Below the pieces are notes generated by a model, which saw only the letters and a list, made by a program, of their open reading frames with translations, did no database searches and was not told the origin of the DNA. This document shows positions 28,079 through 37,857 of a DNA stretch of 64,000 bases, in pieces; the stretch's first letter is position 1, and the number at the start of each line of letters is the position of its first letter. Source of the stretch: a virus; the IMG/VR virus record IMGVR_UViG_3300018080_000174, positions 3,412-67,411 of that record; one strand, given 5' to 3'. The position numbers and the translations under genes were made by a program.

Positions 28079-28567
28079 TCAACCACTGACCGTGTAGGTA
28101 ATCTTCAACACGTCGGACGTGGCAACCGTAATGGACGAACTGAAGAGAGCAGTTGCCCAAAGTTTGCCAGACGAGCCACTGGTAACGTCACAGACAAGGA
28201 TGCCGCGAACCGCCCCGCCAGCCGTCATGGTGAAGTCCACCGTAGAACTATTCGTCACGGAGCGACTCGAAGCCGCACCAACTGTCCACGTTTGCCGCGT
28301 ACCGGAGTAACTGGCAAACTCAGACCAACCCGAGTGCGAAGCCAGCGTATCCGAGTCGGCCACGCCGGTATACCCCGAGTTGTCGATCAGGCCGATATAC
28401 CAAGTAGCACTTTGAGTGCCACTGTTGAACATATCGTCCAAAATCTTGTTCAAACCTTCGTCGGTGATCCCGTTGGGAACTCGGTACAGACCGATCAGCT
28501 TACCGTCTTTGTTCCGGTGCTCAACGAAAAACTTGCCACGAAGTGGAAGCATTTGACTTGCATTCAT
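28079..28567 (-). CDS. minor tail protein
   Basis: NGITDEGLN..L, WYIGL, D.LKITYTV pattern common in phage tail proteins. Confidence 0.65.
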   Translation of the reverse strand: MNASQMLPLRGKFFVEHRNKDGKLIGLYRVPNGITDEGLNKILDDMFNSGTQSATWYIGLIDNSGYTGVADSDTLASHSGWSEFASYSGTRQTWTVGAASSRSVTNSSTVDFTMTAGGAVRGILVCDVTSGSSGKLWATALFSSSITVATSDVLKITYTVSG

Positions 28568-28587
28568 CTCACATCTCCAATTCTTAC

Positions 28588-31500
28588 TTAGTAAAGTTTC
28601 ACTGTCTTCCGGCGAAGCTCACGTCGCAGGCCGGAGGCAATCTCTCTTACGGTTTGGCTCGGAGCTTCCCCACTCTGAACCGTTACATTCACATCACCAA
28701 TGTTGGTAACACTTCCACCCTGCTCTCGATAGACCGGGGCTTGTCCCGCATTGATTGCCTGTAGCTGCGGGAAAAAGTTTCTTGCTGACTTGGCGTTCAC
28801 CACAAACTCACCCGGCGTCAGCATAGCCGGAACAGTATCAGTCCCACGTCCACCATCAGCGAAGAACCGACCGCCAGTGGATGCACGCACGCTGCCGCCG
28901 GAGCACTGCTTTGCAGCCGCCGCACAGGCTTGAGCGGCCTTGACCGCCGCCGCAGCCGCAGCTTTCATCGACGCCGCCATTGAGTTGCCCGCACCTGCCG
29001 CAGCATTGATGCTGCCCGCTAGGCTTCTCGTAGACTGGTCAATGGACTGGACGGCCGTTGCCGATTGATTCAATGCCTGTGTCAACGCATTTGCGGTCGA
29101 AGTTGAGGCCGTCAATTGCTCAGTAACGCCGGGCATCGCCCCACTCACTAAGCTAACAGCCTGCTCCACCGCCGCAAAGGCATCGCGAATTTGCAGAACT
29201 GATTCGGTCGGCACGCTCAACGTCTCAGTGAGACGATTTGCGGTGGTAACAACTTGTGCAAACTGCGTATTAACGCCTAGCAATTCTGTTTGAAGTTGTT
29301 GAGCCGCCGCCACTTGAGCGTTCAATTCTTCGATTGAGACAGCGGTAGGTTCTTCAGGGGCTCCGGCAAAACCGGCCGCGCCCGCCTCACCAGCTTCACC
29401 CCGAGCACCGGCGGGTTGCACCTCACTAGCTGCCTTCAAATTGTCAGCAAGCTCGCCAGCCTTCCTGCTCTGGGCATCGAGAGCCACTGTCCCAGCTTTC
29501 GCATTCTCCGTAATTTTATCTTGGGACTCAGCCATCCCTGCGGCAATATCGGCACCCTCCTGGAGATTTGTGCCCAGAAGTTCAGCAGCAGTTACCGCAT
29601 CTCGCGACCTGTTAGCAATGGCGTCCAAACTTTTTTGGGCAGCTTCATAAGTGCCCGGCTCAATGTCCGAGATACTTTCTCGGAGACTGGCCACCTCTCG
29701 CATTTTTGAAGCCATCTCTGTCAACTGGTCAATACCAATCCGCATCTGCTGGATGGTATTACCACTGAGCAAGCCCTGCTCCTCCATCTCCTTGGCACTG
29801 TCAATCAACCGTTTGAAAGCATCCTGCTGTTCTTTCGTCACATTGACTCCCCGTTTAGCTCCATCCTCAAGTGAGTCACCAAGTTTCAACGCTTCTTGCC
29901 GCCACTTCTCTAATTCAGGGACAGCTTCCGCAACACGCTTTTTGTAGTCTTCGACAGATTCATCAGGTAGCGGAGAAGTTCCGACAAGTTTCTTCATCCT
30001 GTCCAATTGACTAAGCAGCGTCGTGATGTCCATGTGAGAGCGGAAAGTTTCGGCCCGATCAACCGCCACCTCCATTGCATCGTCCATCTTCGCTTCAGCC
30101 GTCTCGACGCGATTTACAATGTCCTGTAAAATCTTCAACATCTGCGCCGATTGCTGACCGGGGTCTTTCAGCAAATCTAACTCACCGTACTTTGCCAAGA
30201 ACTGGTCAATGATTCCTTCATTAACAATCTGAATCCTCGCGGGGACAACATATTCCTCCCCAGTTAGCTCGGCCTTAAACTCAGCGACCGCACGCCCATA
30301 GTCAAAGCGAGCTTCATCAAAAGCCTTGCCAACACCGACCTTGAGTTCTTCTAGACCCTCGGGGAGGCCCAATTTCTCGAACATTTGGAAGTCGAAGGCT
30401 TCTTGGAGAGTCTTCGCAAGTTCGGGAGTCAGTTCAGCGATACGCTCAGCATCGGCCTTCATCTGCTCGGTGGTCTTGGCCGCACCCTCAGCCGTTGTCA
30501 CGGACGCCAGTTCTCGCATCCTCTCTAGCAACGCCTCAGTAGCTACACCAGCCTCCTCCAATCTTTGGAGGTCTTTCTGATGCTGGGTATCCCTAAGTTT
30601 CTCACGCTCCGTCTGGAACTGCTTCTCCCCAGCAATACGTTGCTTCAAGATATTTTCAAGAGCCTTCTCACCTTGCTCCATCGCGCGGAGATTGCCCATC
30701 GACTTTGCATGAGCAATCTGCTCCTCCGCAAGAGTCTCAGCGATCTCTGAACGCTTTCGAGCTTCGGCAATAGCTTCTTCGTTAGCACCGGCTTCGGCAA
30801 AGGCTTGTCGAGCTTTGGCCGCAGCATCTTGTGCTCTTTGTAATTCCGCAATGAGTGTCTTTCGAGCACCGAGACGCCGCTTCTCCCGCTTCCACGCAAG
30901 ATCAGCCAGCTTTTCTTGGGCAGTGGTGACAACATCATTCGACTTCTTGATCGCGTCGTCCGCCTCTTCAACAGCCTTCCTGATCTGATTAACGGCCTCT
31001 GCTCGCTTCTTCATTATACGAGCAAGGGAGCTTTCGAGGACTTTACCAATCGTCTCACTCGACCGTACAAAGGCTTCCGAATCCTTTCTATATTCCTTCG
31101 ACATCTCAGTGAAGAACTTCCCAGCGTTTCGAGTTTGCTCCTCGAACTCTTTTTGACGTGCTTCAATTCGGGCTTGACTCTCGCGCTCCTGCGTAGCAGT
31201 CATCGCCTTTTGATAGTTGTTAATTCGAGCGGCACTTCTTTCAGCTTCATTCGCCCACTCCGCAATTGCTTCACCAACTTTCACAGCCGCCCAAGCAGCC
31301 GCCGCCAAAGCCAAGATGGGTAGCATTGCGCTTAGAGCCGCAGTCAAACCAGCCATAGACACAGCCGCCCCAGCAGCCTGTGCTGAGAGTGCAATGAGGC
31401 CAACACCGGCAACCGCCGCTGCGGCACCGATTGCACGAGTATCTTTGACTAGAAGCTGAAGACCTTTAGCGAGGGGTGTGGTAATCTCCGCAAGGATTTC

Positions 31501-32880
31501 CCCAACCTTCAACATCTCCGTACCGAGATTATTCCAAGCCTCAACAGCTTGTCGGCCAGTCGATTCACGAATCTTATCTAGAGCGTCACCAGTCTCGCCG
31601 GACACGTTATTCATCGCGTCGAGAGCTTCTGTCAACGCATCTGCCTCACCGGTAGTCAAGTTTAACGCACCGACGATGGCTCGCACACGGCCAAGCAAAT
31701 TAGCAAACTCCGTGTCATTACCGGCCGACGCATCTTTCATTTTGAGCAGCACGCCACGCAGGCCGCCAAATCGCTCAATAGCTTCAGGACCGGTTTGCAC
31801 GCCCCACTCATCATAGAGTGCTTGCAGAGCCTTAGTAGGCCGCAAGAGTTTCTGAGAGACTTGCGTCAATTGAGTAATGGCGGTATGTGCCGGAACACCC
31901 TTCTGAGTAAGGGCGGCCAGGGCTGCCGCCATTTCCTCATACCGAATTCCCAATGCCGCAGTCAAGGGAGACACCCGACCGAGCACGTCGCCAAACTCGC
32001 CCATTCGCAAACGACCTAACTCAATCGTTTTGAACAGTACATCAGAAACCCGCCGCGCCTCAGACGCTTCGAGCCCGTAACTATTCATAACCGAGGATAG
32101 AGCATTGACCGCTTCACGCAGTTCTGAGTTTGTTGCAATCGCAAGTTCACCAGCCTGTTGAGTGAACCGCAGAGCATCCCCGGCTTCGACAACTTGGTTC
32201 GACAAGGTTTGGTACACGCCCTCCGCTACGACTTCACCAGTCTCGCCAAGAGCGAGGGTAACTTGCCGCACCCCTTCCTGCATTTGATCCAAACCGCCCA
32301 AAGCCCCACCCGAGATGGTGAAGGCTTCAGCGACGGCGACTGAGAATTGGATAGCTTCTTCGCGAGCATCTCTAAATGCCCCGATGATAGTATTCACCGC
32401 TCGGACAATTACCTGGGCCTGAACGACTCGTGCAACAGTCTTCCAAGACAGAGAGATTTCGCGGCCCGCGTTGGACCCAGATCGCCCCGCCCGATCCAGT
32501 GCGTCACTAGCTTGTCCAGCACCTTGAGTCATTTGCTGCGAAGCATTTTGAGTCGCACGCCCTGCTTCGGCCGCCGAACGCCCCGCATTCTCTAAAGATC
32601 GGTTAGCTTGGTCAAACGACTGTGAAACGGCTTGCGCAGCCTGACTTGCGCCGCCAGCCAAGGCAACATTTTGGATAGCGGTCGAGGCAGAATTCGCCGC
32701 ATTTGCCAATTCCCGAAAAGTCTTGATAGCAGGCGTAGCCGCAGACGGAAATTTACGCAGAGCCCCAGACACGCTTTGCAGGGATTGCTTGAAGTTATTC
32801 AACTCCCCGCGCAAACGTTCCAGTTCTTGAATCGCCTTTGAGGCATCGAAGCCTAGTTTCTGCGTAATGTCTTCAGGCAT
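28588..32880 (-). CDS. tape measure protein
   Basis: 1430 aa, Ala-rich helical; TP901-like core; C-terminal GTDTVPAMLTPGEFVVN. Confidence 0.92.
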   Translation of the reverse strand: MPEDITQKLGFDASKAIQELERLRGELNNFKQSLQSVSGALRKFPSAATPAIKTFRELANAANSASTAIQNVALAGGASQAAQAVSQSFDQANRSLENAGRSAAEAGRATQNASQQMTQGAGQASDALDRAGRSGSNAGREISLSWKTVARVVQAQVIVRAVNTIIGAFRDAREEAIQFSVAVAEAFTISGGALGGLDQMQEGVRQVTLALGETGEVVAEGVYQTLSNQVVEAGDALRFTQQAGELAIATNSELREAVNALSSVMNSYGLEASEARRVSDVLFKTIELGRLRMGEFGDVLGRVSPLTAALGIRYEEMAAALAALTQKGVPAHTAITQLTQVSQKLLRPTKALQALYDEWGVQTGPEAIERFGGLRGVLLKMKDASAGNDTEFANLLGRVRAIVGALNLTTGEADALTEALDAMNNVSGETGDALDKIRESTGRQAVEAWNNLGTEMLKVGEILAEITTPLAKGLQLLVKDTRAIGAAAAVAGVGLIALSAQAAGAAVSMAGLTAALSAMLPILALAAAAWAAVKVGEAIAEWANEAERSAARINNYQKAMTATQERESQARIEARQKEFEEQTRNAGKFFTEMSKEYRKDSEAFVRSSETIGKVLESSLARIMKKRAEAVNQIRKAVEEADDAIKKSNDVVTTAQEKLADLAWKREKRRLGARKTLIAELQRAQDAAAKARQAFAEAGANEEAIAEARKRSEIAETLAEEQIAHAKSMGNLRAMEQGEKALENILKQRIAGEKQFQTEREKLRDTQHQKDLQRLEEAGVATEALLERMRELASVTTAEGAAKTTEQMKADAERIAELTPELAKTLQEAFDFQMFEKLGLPEGLEELKVGVGKAFDEARFDYGRAVAEFKAELTGEEYVVPARIQIVNEGIIDQFLAKYGELDLLKDPGQQSAQMLKILQDIVNRVETAEAKMDDAMEVAVDRAETFRSHMDITTLLSQLDRMKKLVGTSPLPDESVEDYKKRVAEAVPELEKWRQEALKLGDSLEDGAKRGVNVTKEQQDAFKRLIDSAKEMEEQGLLSGNTIQQMRIGIDQLTEMASKMREVASLRESISDIEPGTYEAAQKSLDAIANRSRDAVTAAELLGTNLQEGADIAAGMAESQDKITENAKAGTVALDAQSRKAGELADNLKAASEVQPAGARGEAGEAGAAGFAGAPEEPTAVSIEELNAQVAAAQQLQTELLGVNTQFAQVVTTANRLTETLSVPTESVLQIRDAFAAVEQAVSLVSGAMPGVTEQLTASTSTANALTQALNQSATAVQSIDQSTRSLAGSINAAAGAGNSMAASMKAAAAAAVKAAQACAAAAKQCSGGSVRASTGGRFFADGGRGTDTVPAMLTPGEFVVNAKSARNFFPQLQAINAGQAPVYREQGGSVTNIGDVNVTVQSGEAPSQTVREIASGLRRELRRKTVKLY

Positions 32881-33389
32881 TAGACCTTACCTTTCTTCAG
32901 GAACTTGAACGGATTAGGGAGTTCTGAAAAGCGTGCAAAATCCTCAAACGCTTTCAGCCCTTTTTCTTGAAAATGGTAGGGAGTTGGATGACGAAGTCCA
33001 GACCGTGAGAAAACGCCGCCTTGTCCAAAGACGGCCTTGTTGTATTCATTGTAGGCCAGATAGCGAAGATTACTGTGGTATTTGAAATGCCAGCGGCTAC
33101 CACTTGGGTCAAGTTCAAGACCGCTCTGACTCCCGGCAGCAAGCCCGAGAGATTCGCGGTCTTTCATACTTTTCAGAGGGCCGTAAGGGACAGACGTGCC
33201 TAGTTCCCGTGCGAGCTTTTGGAAAGTGGCTCTGGATGCTTTAGACCATGTTGGGATCACAGTCATCACAGTTGCCTCCAGCCATTCCCGGCCAGCTTGC
33301 TTCAACCACTCCTCCATGTAAGAATTAAGCTCAGCCTTATAGGCGGCCAAATCTAACGTCATGGTGTGGAACTGGGCTTTGAATTTCAT
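32880..33389 (-). CDS. tail-associated protein (possible HK97 gp10-like)
   Basis: Position and basic composition. Confidence 0.5.
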   Translation of the reverse strand: MKFKAQFHTMTLDLAAYKAELNSYMEEWLKQAGREWLEATVMTVIPTWSKASRATFQKLARELGTSVPYGPLKSMKDRESLGLAAGSQSGLELDPSGSRWHFKYHSNLRYLAYNEYNKAVFGQGGVFSRSGLRHPTPYHFQEKGLKAFEDFARFSELPNPFKFLKKGKV

Positions 33390-33670
33390 CTACGTCGCAT
33401 CCTTTTACGGCCTCGACCCATCGACGGCGTGGCGGAAGACTTCCCTACTCCCGCCAGCGCCTTAGCCTCTTCGTGCTCATCATGTTGACGTGTCTGGTCA
33501 TACGCAAGCAGCCGTGCCTGCGCTTGAACACTACAGTTATCCCACTCAGTCTTTACTCCTGGGGGTCGGACTCCGAATCGCTCGCAGGCTCGCCAGACTG
33601 CGTATTCTCCGGTTCGGTTTCCAGGCCAGAGGATTCTTTTTGTGCCTCCGCCATCCCAAGTAGAAAAACC
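33386..33670 (-). CDS. -1 frameshift extension of tail assembly chaperone (gpGT-like)
   Basis: G-GTT-TTT heptamer 33670-33664; open -1 frame ...EYAVWRACERFGVRPPGVKTEWD...RRR-stop overlapping next ATG. Confidence 0.75.
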   Translation of the reverse strand, partial: GFSTWDGGGTKRILWPGNRTGEYAVWRACERFGVRPPGVKTEWDNCSVQAQARLLAYDQTRQHDEHEEAKALAGVGKSSATPSMGRGRKRMRRR

Positions 33671-34098
33671 TCGCGGGCTTCCTTCAACTTGGCTTCATCC
33701 AGGGAGTTGGCCCGCATTACACACACGGAGATGCGATCCACTTCAACCTTCGACAGACCCGCTGCCTTCAGTTCCTCTTCCCAGAGCTTCCACGTCTTCG
33801 GGTTGTTGATGTCCACCTTCTCCCATTCGATGTCACTCGGCTCCAGCGATCTGACGACCATGTACGCAAAACGCTGCTCACCAAACTTCTGCAAACGCTG
33901 GCGAAAGGTTTCGTCGTTCAGTGTGGGAACCCAGCCATCTTTTGTCAGCTTTCCCGGCGGCTTGGGCTCGGGAACGAGTGCTTCAAATTCAGACATGTCA
34001 CACACAGCCCGAGCACGGATTACGATGTCGTCGCCCAGTCTGGGCAGCACAAGAATTTCTTCGTTGGGGCCTTCGACTTTTACACCACCAATACGCAT
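33553..34098 (-). CDS. tail assembly chaperone (gpG-like)
   Basis: Between major tail and tape measure genes; has slippery site. Confidence 0.8.
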   Translation of the reverse strand: MRIGGVKVEGPNEEILVLPRLGDDIVIRARAVCDMSEFEALVPEPKPPGKLTKDGWVPTLNDETFRQRLQKFGEQRFAYMVVRSLEPSDIEWEKVDINNPKTWKLWEEELKAAGLSKVEVDRISVCVMRANSLDEAKLKEAREVFLLGMAEAQKESSGLETEPENTQSGEPASDSESDPQE

Positions 34099-34136
34099 GA
34101 TTCATTCTCCCTCTACTAAAGTTGAAAAGAATCAGT

Positions 34137-34159
34137 AGGGCGGGACGTTCCCGCCCCAC
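34137..34159 (-). terminator. putative terminator after major tail gene
   Basis: GGGGCGGGA-ACG-TCCCGCCCT hairpin; T-run a few nt later. Confidence 0.55.
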
Positions 34160-34172
34160 TGATGTCAGTTGC

Positions 34173-34922
34173 TTAACATTCGGAATGGTTACTCCGAACA
34201 GCGGTCGCCTCACTGACGTTACAACGGCCAGAAACAGCAATCGTGGCTTCGCCAAGATCGTATTCCAAGCTCTCAAATCGGAAGTCAGGGAAGGTGATCT
34301 CTTCATCTTCGTCCGTTCCACACGGCACACAATGCCGGACGACCATGTCAACCGCATACGGTTCACACAAGTCGCTGGAACTAGACACCCACTCATCTGC
34401 ACCACCGCTGCCTTTCACGGCATCGACCGGCGTTACAGCCTCACCGGTACCCGTGGTGACATGCTCGTACACAAACTCCAGAGAGACTTCAAGCGGTTGC
34501 TCGTCGCCTTCTTTCACCGTGTCGAGATCGCCCCGATCCAGAAGGTACTCATACTCCTTGGCTTCCGTCCAAGTCAAGTTACCTTCACCGATGGTCACTT
34601 CGAGTTCCTGTGCCTGAAACGTAATCACGTCACTGACAGTAGGCGTATTCGTACCCCACGCAGGGGTGAACTCGATATTCGTCGTCGGACCATTAGCCGT
34701 AGGCGTCCTGGCCGTGACCGTGTAGATCGTGGTGTTGCCAGCGGTGTTGACCGTAAATCGCGCTCCAACCGGCACCAGTTGAGTGTCGGTGGTATTCAAA
34801 TTCACGGTATTGACATCCGCGTCGGTGTCAGTTGCACCGGGCGTGGCTTCTTCAATCGTAGCGGTGCCACTAAGGCCGTCCTTAATGAGGATAGTGGCAT
34901 CCCTTAGTTCGATGCGGGCCAT
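34173..34922 (-). CDS. major tail (tube) protein
   Basis: Acidic, Thr-rich, 249 aa, between tail terminator and chaperone; strong GGAGG RBS. Confidence 0.75.
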   Translation of the reverse strand: MARIELRDATILIKDGLSGTATIEEATPGATDTDADVNTVNLNTTDTQLVPVGARFTVNTAGNTTIYTVTARTPTANGPTTNIEFTPAWGTNTPTVSDVITFQAQELEVTIGEGNLTWTEAKEYEYLLDRGDLDTVKEGDEQPLEVSLEFVYEHVTTGTGEAVTPVDAVKGSGGADEWVSSSSDLCEPYAVDMVVRHCVPCGTDEDEEITFPDFRFESLEYDLGEATIAVSGRCNVSEATAVRSNHSEC

Positions 34923-34983
34923 CTTTAGCCTCCTTCGTTGTTAAGTTAATGGGGAACACACCCCCGTCAAGTGCCTCAATGGT

Positions 34984-35466
34984 CTAAAGTCTGAGGTACA
35001 TTTCAAAACGTCCGTCCACCGCAGCCTGCCTAAGCCTGTCTTCCTTGCTAATCTGGCCGAAGTGTATCAATCGCGCTGGTTCGCTGAACCCAGTCCTCTG
35101 GGTCAAGCAACCAACTAAGGAATCATCGTCGTTTCCCCCGGTGCCCAGCCGGTAAATTGGAATGGGCTCCATCATGGCGGCGAGGAATTCCCCGCCCCAT
35201 TGGGCTATGTCGTAGGCGTTTTCAGTTGACATCTGCATATAATCCATGAGGAGAATATTGATGTCAATGTTAACGCGCCAATAGCCACGGCTTAGTTCGC
35301 GGACGAACGGGCCGTTTACACGTACTTCGACGTGCTCTACGTTCATCGTGTCGGAATCGCGCTCATCAACCCCTTCCACGAAGTAGGTAAGACTCAAACT
35401 GTCTGCCACAGTTTTGAAGTAGACAGCAACAGATGACATTACCCAGCGGGCTAGATTAGTATCCAT
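34984..35466 (-). CDS. tail terminator/completion protein
   Basis: Synteny and size. Confidence 0.55.
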   Translation of the reverse strand: MDTNLARWVMSSVAVYFKTVADSLSLTYFVEGVDERDSDTMNVEHVEVRVNGPFVRELSRGYWRVNIDINILLMDYMQMSTENAYDIAQWGGEFLAAMMEPIPIYRLGTGGNDDDSLVGCLTQRTGFSEPARLIHFGQISKEDRLRQAAVDGRFEMYLRL

Positions 35467-35969
35467 TATGACTGTCCTACTGTATGGTCAACACTTAATG
35501 AGTTCTCGACCATCACATGAAAAATCTGCTCTGGTCGCACGCCTTTCACTTCCTTACCTGCAACCACCCATGCTGTATGTTGCTCGAACTCAGTGATGCT
35601 TTTGATGTCGTATCGACGGCCGTCATAAACCAACCAGTCGTCGTTGACGATCTCGTAAGCATCGGGTAAGTCGCGGGTATCCAAAATGAACAACCTTGTT
35701 CCAGCATCGTAAGTCCCTCCATAGACAAACGCTTTGTTAGCCGAGATTTGAGAAATCGTTTGCACAACCTCGCGCTGAATCTTAACAGGTAGGACGATAC
35801 ATCGCGGCACGCAAGTCATCGTGCGGTCATAAGTCTTCGCACCTGTTTCGTAATCAGTAGCCGTAGAGTTGAGTTTGTACACATCTACCCGGCCGCCGTA
35901 CTGCCTTTTCAAGCTGTACAGTGTTTTACGGATGAAACGGTTCATGCCTCTATTTACGCCACTAAGCAT
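35466..35969 (-). CDS. head closure / head-tail joining protein
   Basis: DWLVYDGRRYDIKSI C-terminal motif typical of stopper proteins. Confidence 0.65.
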   Translation of the reverse strand: MLSGVNRGMNRFIRKTLYSLKRQYGGRVDVYKLNSTATDYETGAKTYDRTMTCVPRCIVLPVKIQREVVQTISQISANKAFVYGGTYDAGTRLFILDTRDLPDAYEIVNDDWLVYDGRRYDIKSITEFEQHTAWVVAGKEVKGVRPEQIFHVMVENSLSVDHTVGQS

Positions 35970-36273
35970 CTCTGACTCCTTCGGGAGCGTCACTTGCCTC
36001 GATATAAGGGCACCGATTGCAAAGTCGCTCCATCACATGAGCAACCCAATTCAAGCACTCTGCATTCTGAGCCAAAGCCGTGGTCGAACGCTCTACCAAG
36101 TTGACCAAGGTATCTCGTTGGTAGTCTTCAAGTTTTTCTACTCGGGTGGAAAGCGCGTCTTCCCGTTTCCAATCGCGCCAGATGAAAAATAGTACGATGC
36201 CGACGAGCGGCCCAAAGTTGGACAATAACTCGGTAAGCATTTCCGATCCTGTCGCTGCGAAAAGTGATTCCAT
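35962..36273 (-). CDS. single-TM coiled-coil protein, BhlA/UviB holin-like
   Basis: GPLVGIVLFFIWRDWKRE followed by coiled coil. Confidence 0.55.
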   Translation of the reverse strand: MESLFAATGSEMLTELLSNFGPLVGIVLFFIWRDWKREDALSTRVEKLEDYQRDTLVNLVERSTTALAQNAECLNWVAHVMERLCNRCPYIEASDAPEGVRDA

Positions 36274-36287
36274 GCTACGCTTCCCCT

Positions 36288-36328
36288 TAAACAAAAGAAA
36301 CCGGGCGGGCGGGTTTCCACCCGCCCGG
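36288..36328 (-). terminator. Rho-independent terminator after capsid gene
   Basis: CCGGGCGGG...CCCGCCCGG followed by TTTCTTTTGTTT. Confidence 0.8.
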
Positions 36329-36340
36329 CGTGATTAAGGT

Positions 36341-37759
36341 TTAGCCGAGCATGATGCAGCCCAGGTTCTCGTCCAGCTTCGCCACTCCGCAGAGCAGGTC
36401 AGCGGTGACAACCGTACCTTGCTGACTGATGTCGTACTGCATCGACACACGCATGGTCACGTCGTTGTACGCGCCAACGGCCGAGCGGACACCCAGAGCG
36501 GTGTTCGGCAGAGCCAGCGGACGAGAAACGAGCGCGAGGGCGTTGCGATGGAATCCGAAGTTGAATGAACCAGCGGGGCCGGGGTAGGCAACCGCGTTGT
36601 CCGCCAAGCTGGCTTCCAGCGGGCGATCGAGCCACGCCAAGTGGCGGGTCGCATCGTCGGGGTCCACAGCAATCGCGATGATCGTGTAGACGTGCCGATT
36701 GACGCCAGTACCGAACGCGAGCAACTGACCCACCTGCGGCGGGGCGGTCATCACGGCGTCACCGGAGTCCAGGCCGATACCCTTCGAGTAACCAGCCGAG
36801 TACGCGCCGTCCACGTCGCACTTCTTGTATGCGTACACGATGTCCGTGTCCGCAATGGCGGCCGTCAGACCGTCCTGAAGAACGATCTGCGAGGTGTTGG
36901 TGCCGTCGTCGGTGGCCGAAGCGACTTCGTGCGGCTTTCCTTCACCCTCGAACCAGACATACTCGCCGTCCTGGACCTGATAGCCCAGAATGGTCACGGC
37001 AATCGTGGTCTCGCCCAGAGGCTCACCACCGTTGATGACGCCAGCGGCTTCATCAGTGTTGGCAATCGTGACGCTGGGGATGTTCTGGTCCATGTAGGTA
37101 TCGAAACCAAACACGCGACCCAGGCTGGCCTCACGGAGGGCCGTCCCGTCATCACCCTTCTTCTCCGCACTGATGAAGAGTTCCGTTTCCAGAAGCTCAG
37201 TCTCAGAGGCGGGGGAGAGAACCATGTTACGACCAGCGGCGTAGGCCCGGTTCTCGTTCATCTTCTCACGAGCGGCCAACAGCGTGGACTTCGCGTTGGT
37301 CGAAGAGAGTTCCAGCAACGAACCAACGTTGTTGCTGAGGAACTCGTGGACCTGACCACACAGAATGCGGTCTACCGAACTGGCGATTTCCTGCGCGGCA
37401 GGCGTCAGGTACAGTTCAACCAAGTCCTGGAAGGACTTACTGGCCTCACCGTCCTTGATCGTGAAGGTCACGTAGACGTGCTGATCCAGAGGAACCTGCA
37501 CGTTCGTCGCGACGGCGTCCTGATTGACGACGCTATCAGCGTCGGTCTTCCGCTTGGCCGTGAACGAACTGGGCCGGCGGGTATTCACAACGTCACCAAA
37601 CTGGGCGACTTCCTGGCTGAAATCCCGGTGGACGAGTCGAGCCATGACCATGTTCTCTTCGAGAATGGCCAGACCTTCTTGAGCCCACAGTTCCGGGATC
37701 AGTGCATCGTTGTCGTTGGCGTAGCACGCCATGACGGGGTGGCTATGAAGCAAATTCAT
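36341..37759 (-). CDS. major capsid protein (P22 coat-like, with beta-rich insertion)
   Basis: IPELWA..L..L, GDVVN.RRP, LGRVFGFDTYMDQN, FGFHRNALALVSRPL, D.LCGVAKL. Confidence 0.9.
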   Translation of the reverse strand: MNLLHSHPVMACYANDNDALIPELWAQEGLAILEENMVMARLVHRDFSQEVAQFGDVVNTRRPSSFTAKRKTDADSVVNQDAVATNVQVPLDQHVYVTFTIKDGEASKSFQDLVELYLTPAAQEIASSVDRILCGQVHEFLSNNVGSLLELSSTNAKSTLLAAREKMNENRAYAAGRNMVLSPASETELLETELFISAEKKGDDGTALREASLGRVFGFDTYMDQNIPSVTIANTDEAAGVINGGEPLGETTIAVTILGYQVQDGEYVWFEGEGKPHEVASATDDGTNTSQIVLQDGLTAAIADTDIVYAYKKCDVDGAYSAGYSKGIGLDSGDAVMTAPPQVGQLLAFGTGVNRHVYTIIAIAVDPDDATRHLAWLDRPLEASLADNAVAYPGPAGSFNFGFHRNALALVSRPLALPNTALGVRSAVGAYNDVTMRVSMQYDISQQGTVVTADLLCGVAKLDENLGCIMLG

Positions 37760-37778
37760 CGTACATCTCCTAAGTGAG

Positions 37779-37845
37779 TGTTTCGCCCTCTAGCAGGGCA
37801 TGACAAATGTTCTCGCTACACTACGTTGCGTAGCGGGGACAAACA
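37779..37845 (-). promoter_or_regulatory. structured RNA leader (three-way junction) upstream of capsid RBS
   Basis: TGTTT/AAACA closing stem enclosing two hairpins. Confidence 0.45.
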
Positions 37846-37857
37846 TGGCCCCTTTCT

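Noticed and set aside
37779-37845. Type III hammerhead ribozyme (three stems, GAAAC after stem II)
   Set aside because: The catalytic CUGANGA core is absent (CAUUUGUCAU instead); kept only as a generic structured leader
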